DNA of 64,000 nucleotides from assembly GCA_964539905.1 (NCBI GenBank), contig CAZIJW010000016.1, positions 606 to 64,605 on the forward strand. The letters are read 5' to 3'. Origin of the DNA: an uncultured Robiginitalea sp. Lineage in GTDB: Bacteria > Bacteroidota > Bacteroidia > Flavobacteriales > Flavobacteriaceae. Under the pieces are notes generated by a model that was not told where the DNA came from, did not search any database, and worked only from the letters and a program-made list of their open reading frames with translations. The position numbers were made by a program, and so were the translations under genes. Shown in pieces: positions 28,765 through 38,963 of the stretch; within the stretch, counting starts at the first letter, position 1; every line of letters starts with the position of its first letter.

Positions 28765-31700
28765 TTGAGTCTGGAAAACATCCGGAAGCGTTTTACACAG
28801 GCCCCTGCTTTCAGGGATCTACAGGAGGCGCTTGCCCGGCCCCAATGCCTTATCAGGTTAACCGGCCCCAGCGGCTCCGCCCTTTCTTTCCTGGCGGCCG
28901 AATCGTTCCGGGAACAGCAACTCCCGTTTTTACTGGTGCTGGACGACAAGGAAGAAGCCGCGTACCACCTGAACGACCTCGAGCAACTCCTCGGGCCCCA
29001 GGAAGTGCTCTTCTACCCGGGGAGTTACCGCAGGCCCTACGAGATCGAAGAAACGGACAACGCCAACGTCCTGCTGCGGGCAGAAGTGCTCAACCGGATC
29101 AATTCCCGGAAGAAGCCTGCCCTGATCGTGAGCTACCCCGATGCCCTTTTTGAAAAGGTGGTCACCCGGAAACAACTCGACAAGAATACCCTCAAGGTCC
29201 ATACCGGCGATACGATCTCCCTCGATTTCCTCAATGAGGTACTCTTCGAATACCACTTCAAACGGGTGGATTTTGTGACGGAACCAGGGGAATTCTCCGT
29301 GCGCGGCGGCATCGTGGATGTGTTCTCCTTTTCCCACGACGAGCCCTATCGGATCGAGTTTTTCGGGGAAGAAGTAGACAGCATCCGCACCTTTGACGTG
29401 GAGAGCCAGCTCTCTACCGACCGGGTGAAGAAAATCTCCATTATCCCCAACCTGGCCGACAAGGTCTTCCTTGAGGTGCGGGAATCGTTCCTGGACTATA
29501 TTTCCCCTACCACCGTCCTCCTCCTGAAAAACCAGGCCCTGTGCGAAGGGCGCCTCGACCAGCTCTTCGCAAAAGCCCTGGAAGCCTACGAAAAAACCAG
29601 CGGGGAAGTCCGCCATGCCCAGCCGGAAACCCTTTTCCTGAGCGGGGCGCAACTGGGCGACGCCATCAGGAAGTTCCGACTGGTCGGCCTGGAAGGCCCG
29701 TTGCCGGAAGGTGCCGTGGAGGTCGCGCTGCCTACCCGCCCCCAACCCGCCTTCAACAAGCATTTTGAACTGTTGCTGGATACCCTGAAAAAAAACCACC
29801 GGGAAGGGATGGAAAACTACCTTTTCTGCGCCTCGGAGCAACAGGCCAGGAGGTTTCACGACATTTTCGGGGAAATCGGGCAGGAGGTGCCGTACACCAC
29901 GGTCGTGCAACCGCTGTACCAGGGGTTTGAAGCCCCGGGCCTCGGGCTCTGCTGCTACACCGACCACCAGATTTTCGAGCGGTACCACCGCTTCCACCTG
30001 CGCAACGGATACGCCAAAAAACAGGCGATCACCCTGAAAGACCTCAACAAGCTGGAGGTAGGGGATTACGTCACCCATATCGACCACGGGATCGGGAAAT
30101 TCGGGGGGTTGCAGAAAATCGAGGTGGAAGGCAGGAAACAGGAAGCCATCAAACTGGTGTACGGCGACCGCGATATCCTCTACGTGAGCATCCATTCCCT
30201 CCACAAGATCGCCAAATACAACGGCAAGGACGGCACCACCCCCAAAATCTACAAACTGGGCTCCGGGGCCTGGAAAAAACTCAAGCAAAAGACCAAAAGC
30301 CGGGTCCGGGAGATCGCCTTTGACCTGATACAGCTCTACGCCAAAAGGCGACTCGAAAAAGGTTTCGCGTACGGGCCCGACAGTTACCTCCAACACGAAC
30401 TGGAAGCTTCCTTCCTCTTTGAGGATACCCCAGACCAGAGCGCGGCCACGGCAGACATCAAAAAAGATATGGAAAGCCCGCAACCCATGGACCGCCTGGT
30501 TTGCGGCGATGTGGGGTTTGGGAAGACCGAAGTAGCCATAAGGGCCGCCTTCAAGGCCGTGGATAATGGAAAGCAGGTGGCCGTACTGGTCCCGACCACG
30601 ATCCTGGCCTTCCAGCATTTCCGGACCTTTTCGCAGCGCCTGGGCGACATGCCCGTTACGGTGGACTACCTCAACCGGTTTCGCACCGCCAGGGAACGCA
30701 AGGACCTGCTCGAGCGGCTGGCCTCCGGAACGCTCGATATCGTTATCGGGACCCACCAGCTGGTGGGCAAAAACGTCGCCTTCAAAGACCTTGGCCTGCT
30801 GATTGTGGACGAGGAACAAAAATTTGGCGTGGCGGTCAAGGACAAGCTCAAGTCCCTGAAAGAAAATGTAGACGTGCTGACCCTGACGGCCACCCCCATC
30901 CCGAGGACCCTGCAATTCAGCCTCATGGCCGCCCGGGACCTCTCCGTCATCAACACGCCCCCCCCCAACCGATACCCCATAGAAAGCCATGTCATCCGGT
31001 TTGACGAGGCGGCGATCCGCGATGCGATCTCCTATGAGATCCAACGGGGCGGGCAGGTGTTTTTCGTGCACAACCGGATCGAGAACATCCGCGAAGTCGC
31101 CGGGATGCTGCAGCGCCTGGTCCCGGATGCCAAAATCGGCATCGGGCACGGGCAAATGGAAGGGAAACGCCTGGAACAGCTCATGCTTTCCTTTATGAAC
31201 GGGGAGTTCGACGTGCTGGTGTCGACCACCATCGTCGAAAGCGGGCTCGACGTTACCAATGCCAATACGATCTTTATCAACAATGCCAACAATTTCGGCC
31301 TGAGCGACCTCCACCAGATGCGGGGCCGGGTAGGGCGGAGCAACAAAAAGGCGTTCTGCTATTTCATCACCCCGCCCTATGAAGTGATGACCCCGGAAGC
31401 GCGCAAGCGGATGCAGGCCCTGGAGCAATTCACCGAGCTGGGCAGCGGCTTCCATATTGCCATGAAGGATTTGGAAATCAGGGGGGCGGGTGACCTGCTG
31501 GGAGGGGAACAAAGCGGCTTTATCAACGAAATCGGCTTTGAAACCTACCAGAAAATCCTGGCAGAGGCCGTGGAGGAACTCAAGGAGAATGAATTCAAAG
31601 AGCTGTACCGCGGGGCATCTGAAGGCAAAAAGGAATATGTGAAGGACATTCAGGTCGACACCGATTTTGAACTCCTCTTCCCAGACGACTATATCAACAA

Positions 31701-32130
31701 CGTTTCGGAGCGGCTCAGCCTGTACACGGAACTGAATGAACTGAAGGACGATGCCGGGTTGGCCCTCTTCCGGGAACACCTTTCAGACCGTTTCGGGCCC
31801 CTTCCCGCACAGGCGGAGGACCTGCTCGATTCCGTCCGCCTGAAATGGATGGCCGCCGGCATGGGCCTTGAGAAACTGGTGTTGAAACAGGGGAAATTGC
31901 TGGGCTACTTCCTGGGGGAGCAGGATGCGCCATTCTACCAGTCAGAAGGCTTTTCCCGCCTGTTGCAAACCGTACAGCGCTACCCGGGGCAATTCCGGCT
32001 GAAGGAAAAACAAACCCGGCAGGGGTTGCGGCTGATGCTGGTCCTGGACCCGGTGAAATCGATCGGGCAGGCCCTGGAAAAAATCGCCCCCCTCCACGCG
32101 GCCTTTGAAGGCGTCCCCCAGACCGCCTAA
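28765..32130 (+). CDS. mfd: Transcription-repair coupling factor
   Basis: UvrB-like N-domain, GDYVTHIDHGIG RID, CGDVGFGKTEVA, IVDEEQKFG, TATPIPRT, QMRGRVGRS, DLEIRGAG; start uncertain (28744 or 28765). Confidence 0.96.
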   Translation: MSLENIRKRFTQAPAFRDLQEALARPQCLIRLTGPSGSALSFLAAESFREQQLPFLLVLDDKEEAAYHLNDLEQLLGPQEVLFYPGSYRRPYEIEETDNANVLLRAEVLNRINSRKKPALIVSYPDALFEKVVTRKQLDKNTLKVHTGDTISLDFLNEVLFEYHFKRVDFVTEPGEFSVRGGIVDVFSFSHDEPYRIEFFGEEVDSIRTFDVESQLSTDRVKKISIIPNLADKVFLEVRESFLDYISPTTVLLLKNQALCEGRLDQLFAKALEAYEKTSGEVRHAQPETLFLSGAQLGDAIRKFRLVGLEGPLPEGAVEVALPTRPQPAFNKHFELLLDTLKKNHREGMENYLFCASEQQARRFHDIFGEIGQEVPYTTVVQPLYQGFEAPGLGLCCYTDHQIFERYHRFHLRNGYAKKQAITLKDLNKLEVGDYVTHIDHGIGKFGGLQKIEVEGRKQEAIKLVYGDRDILYVSIHSLHKIAKYNGKDGTTPKIYKLGSGAWKKLKQKTKSRVREIAFDLIQLYAKRRLEKGFAYGPDSYLQHELEASFLFEDTPDQSAATADIKKDMESPQPMDRLVCGDVGFGKTEVAIRAAFKAVDNGKQVAVLVPTTILAFQHFRTFSQRLGDMPVTVDYLNRFRTARERKDLLERLASGTLDIVIGTHQLVGKNVAFKDLGLLIVDEEQKFGVAVKDKLKSLKENVDVLTLTATPIPRTLQFSLMAARDLSVINTPPPNRYPIESHVIRFDEAAIRDAISYEIQRGGQVFFVHNRIENIREVAGMLQRLVPDAKIGIGHGQMEGKRLEQLMLSFMNGEFDVLVSTTIVESGLDVTNANTIFINNANNFGLSDLHQMRGRVGRSNKKAFCYFITPPYEVMTPEARKRMQALEQFTELGSGFHIAMKDLEIRGAGDLLGGEQSGFINEIGFETYQKILAEAVEELKENEFKELYRGASEGKKEYVKDIQVDTDFELLFPDDYINNVSERLSLYTELNELKDDAGLALFREHLSDRFGPLPAQAEDLLDSVRLKWMAAGMGLEKLVLKQGKLLGYFLGEQDAPFYQSEGFSRLLQTVQRYPGQFRLKEKQTRQGLRLMLVLDPVKSIGQALEKIAPLHAAFEGVPQTA

Positions 32131-32786
32131 AGCGATTTGAGGTCCTTGATCACGGTAAAGGCGCGGTCTACCTGCTCCTCGTCGACCAGGATGGTGAACT
32201 CATTGGTCGTGGAAATCACTTCGTACAGGATGATCCCTTCCCAGGCCAGGCGCTGGAAGATAAAGTAGTAAATCCCGGGCACCGAGACGTTTTCGGCAGG
32301 CAACTTGACCGAGATGGAGGAAAGGTTTTCGGCCTTCTGGGTCAGCCGCTCCTGTTCAAAAAAGGCTTCCACCAGGGAATTCAGGCTGCTGCTGACCACA
32401 ATGTTCAATTCGTTGACCCCCCTGGAGGAGGTATAGAACGCATCTTTTTGCGGATGGATTTCCCTGAGCAGGCGCATCTGGTTCTGTAAAATGGACTCGG
32501 AGACCAGGAACGTGTAATCGGTAAGGGAAGACCTTACCGTAATTTCCCCAATGTCCTTCAACACCTTTATGATCCGGTGGGTGGCGCGGAATTCCAACTC
32601 GTCCGACAGGCGCTTGAGGGCCATCACCACAGCCCCGTTGCGGACCTCCTTCCCCAGCTGGGCCTCGATGTCGGGCTTCACCTGACGGGCCAGGGAAGTG
32701 AGGTTGATGATCCCCTGCGACAGGGCCGTCTGCAGGAAAGGTTTTCCTTTGATGTACTGCTCCACGGCCGACGAGATGGTTTTCAT
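32127..32786 (-). CDS. ACT-domain protein with N-terminal helical domain and no kinase domain (possible amino-acid-sensing regulator)
   Basis: KPFL..AL..GIINLTSLAR N-domain; C-terminal ACT-like PGIYYFIFQRLAWEGI...EVISTTNEFTILV; no KFGG or ATP motifs. Confidence 0.6.
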   Translation of the reverse strand: MKTISSAVEQYIKGKPFLQTALSQGIINLTSLARQVKPDIEAQLGKEVRNGAVVMALKRLSDELEFRATHRIIKVLKDIGEITVRSSLTDYTFLVSESILQNQMRLLREIHPQKDAFYTSSRGVNELNIVVSSSLNSLVEAFFEQERLTQKAENLSSISVKLPAENVSVPGIYYFIFQRLAWEGIILYEVISTTNEFTILVDEEQVDRAFTVIKDLKSL

Positions 32787-32801
32787 GCTCCTGATTTTGA
32801 G

Positions 32802-32820
32802 CAAAAATAACAATTTGTTA
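32802..32820 (-). promoter_or_regulatory. -7 element TATTTTTG overlapped by inverted repeat TAACAA-T-TTGTTA
   Basis: -7 at 32802-32809 on the minus strand; perfect 6-1-6 inverted repeat at 32808-32820. Confidence 0.55.
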
Positions 32821-32836
32821 CAGTTTGAACAATTTC

Positions 32837-33211
32837 TTAGAAAAAGTAGAAGGCATCCGGGATATGGACCAGGCAAAACCTCCCCGGGCTCCCCGTGATC
32901 TGGATAATATCGAAACGCACCTCCACGTCCAGGCCCGAATTCCTCACAAAATGGTCGGCTGCCATCACCAGCCGCCTGACCTTTGCCCGGGGCACGCTAT
33001 CCGCCAGGGATTCGTAAAAAGGCCCTTTACGGGTCTTCACCTCCACCACGGCAAGGCAATTGCCCTGCAATGCCAGGACATCGATTTCTGCCTTGCGGTA
33101 CCGGTAGTTGCGCCTCAGGATGCGGTACCCTTCCGAAAGCAGGTACCTTACCGCTTCCTCCTCCCCGGCCATTCCCCGCTCATAACTGGCCAAGAGGTCC
33201 TGTTCCGCCAT
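32837..33211 (-). CDS. yraN: YraN (UPF0102) family predicted nuclease
   Basis: G..GEE.A..YL..GY.IL.RNYR..KAEIDV, VEVKTR, VRFDII. Confidence 0.92.
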   Translation of the reverse strand: MAEQDLLASYERGMAGEEEAVRYLLSEGYRILRRNYRYRKAEIDVLALQGNCLAVVEVKTRKGPFYESLADSVPRAKVRRLVMAADHFVRNSGLDVEVRFDIIQITGSPGRFCLVHIPDAFYFF

Positions 33212-33389
33212 AGGCTTTGAATCATTAATGTATTTCATCGAAAAAAAGTGCATTTCACCGCAATTTTATAGCACAGCCAATATCTTTAGGTGGCATACAT
33301 CGAAAACCCGATAAAAAAAATACTAAGCCCCGAACACCTGGCGTTCCACTGTAGCCCCAATTACATGGACGCCGAGAAAGCCTACTACT

Positions 33390-34898
33390 ATGGAATACTT
33401 TGTGAATTGTAACACGGCCTCCCTGGCGCCGTATACAACTCCGCTGGACCGCTCCCGGGTACAGCACCTTTTCAGGCGGGTTGGATTCAGCGCCACGATC
33501 GCCCGCGTCAACCAGGCCATAGGCCAGGACGCCGGAACGCTGGTTGACCAAATCATCGGCGAGGCCCTGAACCTGCCCCCCCAGGCCGCCCCACCCTGGG
33601 CAGGCTGGAACCGCGACAACTACCCGGAAGATGACGACCTCGCCCGGCAGACCATCCGCACCCAGACATCCAGCTGGGCCCTGGACTATACCCGCGGCCT
33701 GCTGAACAACACCCTGCGCGACCGGTTGAGCTTTTTCTGGAGCAACCACTTTGTTACGGAGCTCGACTTTTACGAAAGTCCGGGATTTTTACATGAATAC
33801 ACCGAGTGCCTGCAGCGCAACGCCCTGGGTAACTTCAAGACCTTTGTTTCGGAAATCGGCCTCACCAATGCCATGCTGTTTTATCTGGACGGTGCCTTCA
33901 ACAATGGCAACAACCCCAATGAAAACTATGCCAGGGAGCTCTATGAACTCTTTACCCTCGGGGAGGGCAACGGGTATACCGAAGAAGACGTAATTGAAAC
34001 GTCCAGGGCCCTTTCCGGCTACACGGAGCGGGGGGAGGTCCGCTGGACCCCGGTCACCTTTGACCCGGACAGCTTCGATGCCGGCACCAAGACCATCCTG
34101 GGCCAGACCGGGAACTGGGGGTACGACGATGTAATCGACATCCTCTTTGAGCAACGCGCGAACGAAATTGCCCGGTTTATCTGCGGGAAGCTTTACGAAT
34201 TTTTTGTGCACCCCGATTCGGATGACCTCGAAGGCAATGCCCAGCAGATCATCTCAGGGATGGCCAGCACGTTTATCTCAAACAACTTTGAAATCGCCCC
34301 GGTACTGTCGCAGCTATTTAAAAGCCAGCATTTCTTCGACGAGAACGCCATTGGGGTCATCATCAAAAGCCCGTTTGACCTGTTCCTGAATTTTATCAAC
34401 GAAAGCGGCTTTGCCTATACCGACACCACCCTGTCCTTTGCGATGGAATCGTCGCGCCTGCTCGGGCAGGAAGTATTCGACCCCTATGACGTGGCTGGCT
34501 GGCAACGCGACCGCAGCTGGATCAATACCAATTTTATCATTGGGCGGTGGCTGACCAGCGAAGTGCTTATCCAGGGATTCTTCCAGGATAACCCCGAACA
34601 ATTCCGCAACCTGGCCATGGAAGCTGTTGGCCCGGCCGAGAGCAATACGAGCAACCCGGAAACGGTGGTGGCCGCCCTGGTCAACAAATTCCTGCCAAAA
34701 GGGTTGCTGACCCCCCAGGATTTTGAGAATGCCCTTTCTGTTTTTAAAATTGAAGATGTGCCTGGCAATTATTACGGCCCCGACTATGTGGATGGAGGCC
34801 TGGGCCTGTGGATGCTGGCCGTGAGCATGGAGGTACCCCAACAGGTATTCCTCCTGCTGATGCACCTTTCCCGCCAACCCGAATTCCAGTTAAAATAA
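33390..34898 (+). CDS. DUF1800 family protein
   Basis: HLFRRVGF, FFWSNHF, AMLFYLD, PNENYARELYELFTLG, YTEEDV..SRALSG; no signal peptide. Confidence 0.9.
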   Translation: MEYFVNCNTASLAPYTTPLDRSRVQHLFRRVGFSATIARVNQAIGQDAGTLVDQIIGEALNLPPQAAPPWAGWNRDNYPEDDDLARQTIRTQTSSWALDYTRGLLNNTLRDRLSFFWSNHFVTELDFYESPGFLHEYTECLQRNALGNFKTFVSEIGLTNAMLFYLDGAFNNGNNPNENYARELYELFTLGEGNGYTEEDVIETSRALSGYTERGEVRWTPVTFDPDSFDAGTKTILGQTGNWGYDDVIDILFEQRANEIARFICGKLYEFFVHPDSDDLEGNAQQIISGMASTFISNNFEIAPVLSQLFKSQHFFDENAIGVIIKSPFDLFLNFINESGFAYTDTTLSFAMESSRLLGQEVFDPYDVAGWQRDRSWINTNFIIGRWLTSEVLIQGFFQDNPEQFRNLAMEAVGPAESNTSNPETVVAALVNKFLPKGLLTPQDFENALSVFKIEDVPGNYYGPDYVDGGLGLWMLAVSMEVPQQVFLLLMHLSRQPEFQLK

Positions 34899-34908
34899 AC
34901 CTACTGCT

Positions 34909-36609
34909 ATGTGCAATACCCATGTAACACCGCCAAATCTCCGGCTCACTGCCCATGACCAGGAACACAAGTACTGGAGCCGCCGTTCCTTTTTACAGGC
35001 CCTGGGCATCGCGGGGTCCGGGTCCATGATGCTGGGCAGCAACGTGCTGACCGCTTCGGCCCCATCGCCCCTTACCGCGGCCATTGCCGGGGCGGAGGGA
35101 GACGGCATCCTGATCCTCATCCGCCTGTCAGGGGGGAATGACGGGTTGAGCACCGTGATCCCCATCGAGCAGTATGACGCCTATGCCAACGCCCGCCCGA
35201 ACATTTATATCCCTGAAAGCAAGGTGCTTAAACTCACAGACTCCTATGGGGTCCCCTCCTATATGCAGGCCCTGGAAGGCCTTTGGGGGGAAGGGCAGTT
35301 CAAGGCCGTCCATGGGGTCGGCTATGAAAACCAAAGCCTGTCGCATTTTACGGGGTCCGACATCTACGCCAATACGGACCTCACCACCACGGGGTTTTCC
35401 GGATTGAATACGGGGTGGATGGGGCGCCACTTCGAAAACCTGTACCCCGACTACCTGATCAACCCCCCGGCAGCCCCCGCCGCCATCCAGATCGGGAATT
35501 TCGGGAACCTGGTTTTCCAGGGAGAAGAAACCAACTACGCCTTTGTGACCTCCAACATCGACCAACTGGAGGAAATTGCGGAATCGGGGGTGCAGTACAG
35601 CCTCGATGCCCAGCTCTTCGGGGATTGCATGTACGGCGACCAGCTCCGCTTCCTCAGGGGGGTGGCGAACACCACCTACGAATATGCCGGCGTCATCCAC
35701 CAGGCCTATGAGCGCGGACAAAACCAGGTGGAATACCAGGACAACGGCTTCGCCCGCCAGCTGGCATTGCTCGCCCGGCTGATCAAGGGGAACCTGGGCA
35801 CCCGGGTCTATATGATCTCCATGGGGGGCTTCGACACCCACGGCAACCAGCCCCTGGCGCACGAGCGCCTGATGACCAACCTTTCGGTGGCGGTTAGGGA
35901 TTTCTACGAAGACCTGACCTTTACCCAGCAGGACGATAAGGTCCTCAGCATGACCTTTTCCGAATTCGGCCGCCGGATTTTCGAAAACGGGTCCAACGGC
36001 ACCGACCACGGGAAGGCGGCCCCCACCCTGTTTTTCGGTTCCGGGCTCAACGGCAGCGCTTTTGTGGGGGAACACCCCTCCCTGAGCGACCCGAACGGCC
36101 GGGGGAACCTGGAGTACACCATGGATTTCCGCGACCTGTACGCTACGGTCCTGGCCGAATGGCTTTGCGTACCCATCCCCCTGGTGGAACAACACCTGCT
36201 GGGGCACGCCTACAACCCCGTAAACCTCGGGTTCAATTGCAGTGGGGTGGAATTCCCCGACATCGCCTATAACGACGAGCCCTTTACGCCCCCGACCAGC
36301 CCGGGCGACAACCCGAATACCCCTCCCCCGGGGGACCCGTTGCTGGACGCCATCGTACACCGCCCGTTCTACCCGACCGATTCGAACCCGCATATCCACG
36401 TGGAACTGCCCTTTACGGCCCATGTCGACATCACCCTGTTCAACATCCTGGGCCAGAAAGTAGCCACCCTTTATAACGAGATGATGTTCGAGGGCCAAAT
36501 GGACCTCAACATCCGCGACCGGGTGCCGCACCACCTGGCTACCGGGAAATACATCTACCGCATTGAGGTACAGGACCGCCGCCTCGCCAAGTCGATTATG
36601 GTGGCCTGA
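34909..36609 (+). CDS. DUF1501 family protein with Tat signal and T9SS C-terminal sorting domain
   Basis: SRRSFLQALG twin-Arg; LSGGNDGL, SHF, GGFDTH, SEFGRR, GTDHG, DFRDLYAT; CTD ITLFNILGQKVATL...LATGKYIYRI. Confidence 0.88.
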   Translation: MCNTHVTPPNLRLTAHDQEHKYWSRRSFLQALGIAGSGSMMLGSNVLTASAPSPLTAAIAGAEGDGILILIRLSGGNDGLSTVIPIEQYDAYANARPNIYIPESKVLKLTDSYGVPSYMQALEGLWGEGQFKAVHGVGYENQSLSHFTGSDIYANTDLTTTGFSGLNTGWMGRHFENLYPDYLINPPAAPAAIQIGNFGNLVFQGEETNYAFVTSNIDQLEEIAESGVQYSLDAQLFGDCMYGDQLRFLRGVANTTYEYAGVIHQAYERGQNQVEYQDNGFARQLALLARLIKGNLGTRVYMISMGGFDTHGNQPLAHERLMTNLSVAVRDFYEDLTFTQQDDKVLSMTFSEFGRRIFENGSNGTDHGKAAPTLFFGSGLNGSAFVGEHPSLSDPNGRGNLEYTMDFRDLYATVLAEWLCVPIPLVEQHLLGHAYNPVNLGFNCSGVEFPDIAYNDEPFTPPTSPGDNPNTPPPGDPLLDAIVHRPFYPTDSNPHIHVELPFTAHVDITLFNILGQKVATLYNEMMFEGQMDLNIRDRVPHHLATGKYIYRIEVQDRRLAKSIMVA

Positions 36610-36634
36610 CCCTGACGTTGCCCTGACGCGAATT

Positions 36635-36693
36635 CCCCCGGACACCGGATGCCCCCTGATCATTAGATCAGTCCGGTGCTTCGGGGGTTTTTT
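36635..36693 (+). terminator. Long hairpin/intrinsic terminator after the DUF1800-DUF1501 operon
   Basis: CCCCCG..CACCGGA..CTGATC-ATTA-GATCAG-TCCGGTG..CGGGGG followed by a T-run. Confidence 0.75.
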
Positions 36694-36734
36694 CTTTCCC
36701 CCCGGCGGGTGCTGGGCCCCCGGCCAAATTTGGT

Positions 36735-36742
36735 TATTTTTG
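36735..36742 (+). promoter_or_regulatory. -7 element (TATTTTTG) for metG
   Basis: Exact consensus 20 nt before the ATG. Confidence 0.65.
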
Positions 36743-36762
36743 CAGAACCATAACCAAAGCAA

Positions 36763-38844
36763 ATGCCGACTCCTCCCGGTCCGTTTAAGCGGACCACCGT
36801 TACCGCCGCCCTTCCCTACACCAACGGGCCCATCCATATCGGCCACCTGGCCGGGGTGTATGTGCCTGCCGACATCTATTGCCGTTACCTTCGCCTCCGG
36901 GATGCCGACGTCCTGTTTGTCTGCGGGAGCGATGAGCACGGGGTGGCCATCCCCATGAAGGCGAAAAAGGAAGGAATCAGCCCCCGGGAACTGATCGATA
37001 AGTACCACCACATCATTAAGGATTCCTTTGCCCGCTTTGGTATTTCCTTCGACAACTATTCCCGTACCTCCGCGGGGATCCACCATGAAACCGCCTCGGA
37101 ATTCTTCAAAAAACTCTACAGGCAGGGCGATTTTATCGAGGAAACCGGCGAACAGCTGTACGACGCAGAGGCCGGGCAATTCCTGGCCGACCGTTTTGTG
37201 ACGGGTACCTGCCCGAAATGCGGGTACGAGCAGGCGTACGGCGACCAGTGCGAGCAATGCGGCACCTCCCTGAACGCCACCGACCTGATCGGGCCCCGCT
37301 CGGTCCTCACCGGGGCCACCCCTGTGCTGAAAAAGACCAAACACTGGTTCCTTCCCCTGGACCGTTATGAAGGGTTCCTGAAAGCATGGATCCTGGAAGG
37401 GCACCAGGCCGACTGGAAACCCAACGTATACGGGCAATGCAAATCCTGGATTGACGATGGCCTGAAACCCAGGGCCGTTACCCGCGACCTGGACTGGGGC
37501 ATCCCGGTACCCGTGGAAGGGGCAGAAGGCAAGGTGCTTTACGTGTGGTTTGACGCCCCCATCGGCTATATTTCCTCGACCCGGGAATGGGCCCAGCGGG
37601 AAGGCAAAGACTGGGAACCCTACTGGAAGGACCCGCAAACCCGGCTGCTGCACTTTATCGGGAAAGACAATATCGTATTCCACTGCATCATTTTCCCCAG
37701 CATGCTGAAGGCCCATGGCGGCTACATCCTCCCCGACAACGTGCCGGCCAATGAATTCCTGAACCTCGAGGGGCAAAAGCTTTCCACCTCGCGCAACTGG
37801 GCGGTGTGGCTTCATGAATACCTGGAAGATTTCCCCGACATGCAGGATGTGCTCCGGTACGTGCTGACGGCCAATGCCCCGGAAACCAAGGACAACGATT
37901 TTACCTGGAAGGATTTCCAGGCGCGCAACAACAATGAGCTGGTCGCCATTTTCGGGAACTTCATCAACCGGGTTGCCGTACTCACCCAGAACTATTTCGG
38001 AGGAAAAGTGCCCCCCGCCGGCCCGTTGCAGCAAACAGACCGCGATGCCCTGGGCCAGCTCAGGGAATATCCCGGGCGCATCGGCGATTGCCTGGAACGC
38101 TTCCGCTTTCGGGAGGGCCTGCAGGAAATGATGAACCTCGCCCGGTTGGGCAACAAATACCTGGCGGAAGAAGAGCCCTGGAAAGTCATCAAGGATGACC
38201 CGAAACGGGTAGGCACCATCCTGCATACTGCCCTGCAAATCGCCGGGGCGCTGGCGGTGCTCTCGGAGCCCTTCCTCCCTTTTACGGCCGCAAAACTCCG
38301 CGAAATACTGGGGTTTGAGGCCCTCGACACCCCACCCGACTGGGAATCCGTGGGGCGCGAAGCGGCCCCGGTGCTGCCGGAAGGGCATTCGCTCGCGGAA
38401 TCACGGCTCCTGTTCCGCAAAATAGAAGACGCCGAAATCGAGGCGCAACTGGAAAAACTGGAAAACACCAAAAAACAGAATGCCATGTCAGATACCCCCC
38501 TGCCGGCCCAAAAGGAAACCATCGTTTACGACGATTTTGCGAAAATGGACCTCCGGGTCGGCACCATCCTGAAAGCCGAAAAAATGCCCAAGGCCAACAA
38601 ACTCATGGTCATGCAGGTAGATACGGGCCTCGACACCCGCACCATCGTCTCGGGCATTGCCGAACACTTTACCCCGGAGCAACTGGTGGGCAAAAAAGTC
38701 ACCGTGCTGGTGAACCTGGCCCCACGGGCCCTGAGGGGGGTGGAAAGCCAGGGGATGATCCTGCTGGCGGAAAGGGCGGACGGAAAACTGGTCTTCGTGG
38801 GCCCTGAAGACCCCGATACGGGTAGCGGGTCGCCCATAACCTGA
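36763..38844 (+). CDS. metG: Methionine--tRNA ligase
   Basis: [19 protein letters not shown], Zn knuckle CPKC..CEQC, RDLDWG, KLSTS, C-terminal tRNA-binding domain. Confidence 0.97.
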   Translation: MPTPPGPFKRTTVTAALPYTNGPIHIGHLAGVYVPADIYCRYLRLRDADVLFVCGSDEHGVAIPMKAKKEGISPRELIDKYHHIIKDSFARFGISFDNYSRTSAGIHHETASEFFKKLYRQGDFIEETGEQLYDAEAGQFLADRFVTGTCPKCGYEQAYGDQCEQCGTSLNATDLIGPRSVLTGATPVLKKTKHWFLPLDRYEGFLKAWILEGHQADWKPNVYGQCKSWIDDGLKPRAVTRDLDWGIPVPVEGAEGKVLYVWFDAPIGYISSTREWAQREGKDWEPYWKDPQTRLLHFIGKDNIVFHCIIFPSMLKAHGGYILPDNVPANEFLNLEGQKLSTSRNWAVWLHEYLEDFPDMQDVLRYVLTANAPETKDNDFTWKDFQARNNNELVAIFGNFINRVAVLTQNYFGGKVPPAGPLQQTDRDALGQLREYPGRIGDCLERFRFREGLQEMMNLARLGNKYLAEEEPWKVIKDDPKRVGTILHTALQIAGALAVLSEPFLPFTAAKLREILGFEALDTPPDWESVGREAAPVLPEGHSLAESRLLFRKIEDAEIEAQLEKLENTKKQNAMSDTPLPAQKETIVYDDFAKMDLRVGTILKAEKMPKANKLMVMQVDTGLDTRTIVSGIAEHFTPEQLVGKKVTVLVNLAPRALRGVESQGMILLAERADGKLVFVGPEDPDTGSGSPIT

Positions 38845-38963
38845 ACCCCCCGGGTCGGCATCCCGTTTTGGGGGTGACCCGGTCGCACGATACATAGGCA
38901 TGGAGGCCAGGGGCTGACGCTTTTTTATATCGCATATAATTTATATCTTCAAGAAAAAAAGCT

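Noticed and set aside
36605-36628. Short CCTGAC repeats at the DUF1501 stop
   Set aside because: Only 2-3 hexamer copies with no spacer structure; not a CRISPR array or REP
35128-38388. 1086 aa antisense ORF (likewise 28930-31779, 45741-47483, 43823-45307 and many smaller ones)
   Set aside because: Shadow frames opposite well-supported genes (DUF1501/metG, mfd, etc.), expected with high GC3; no motifs
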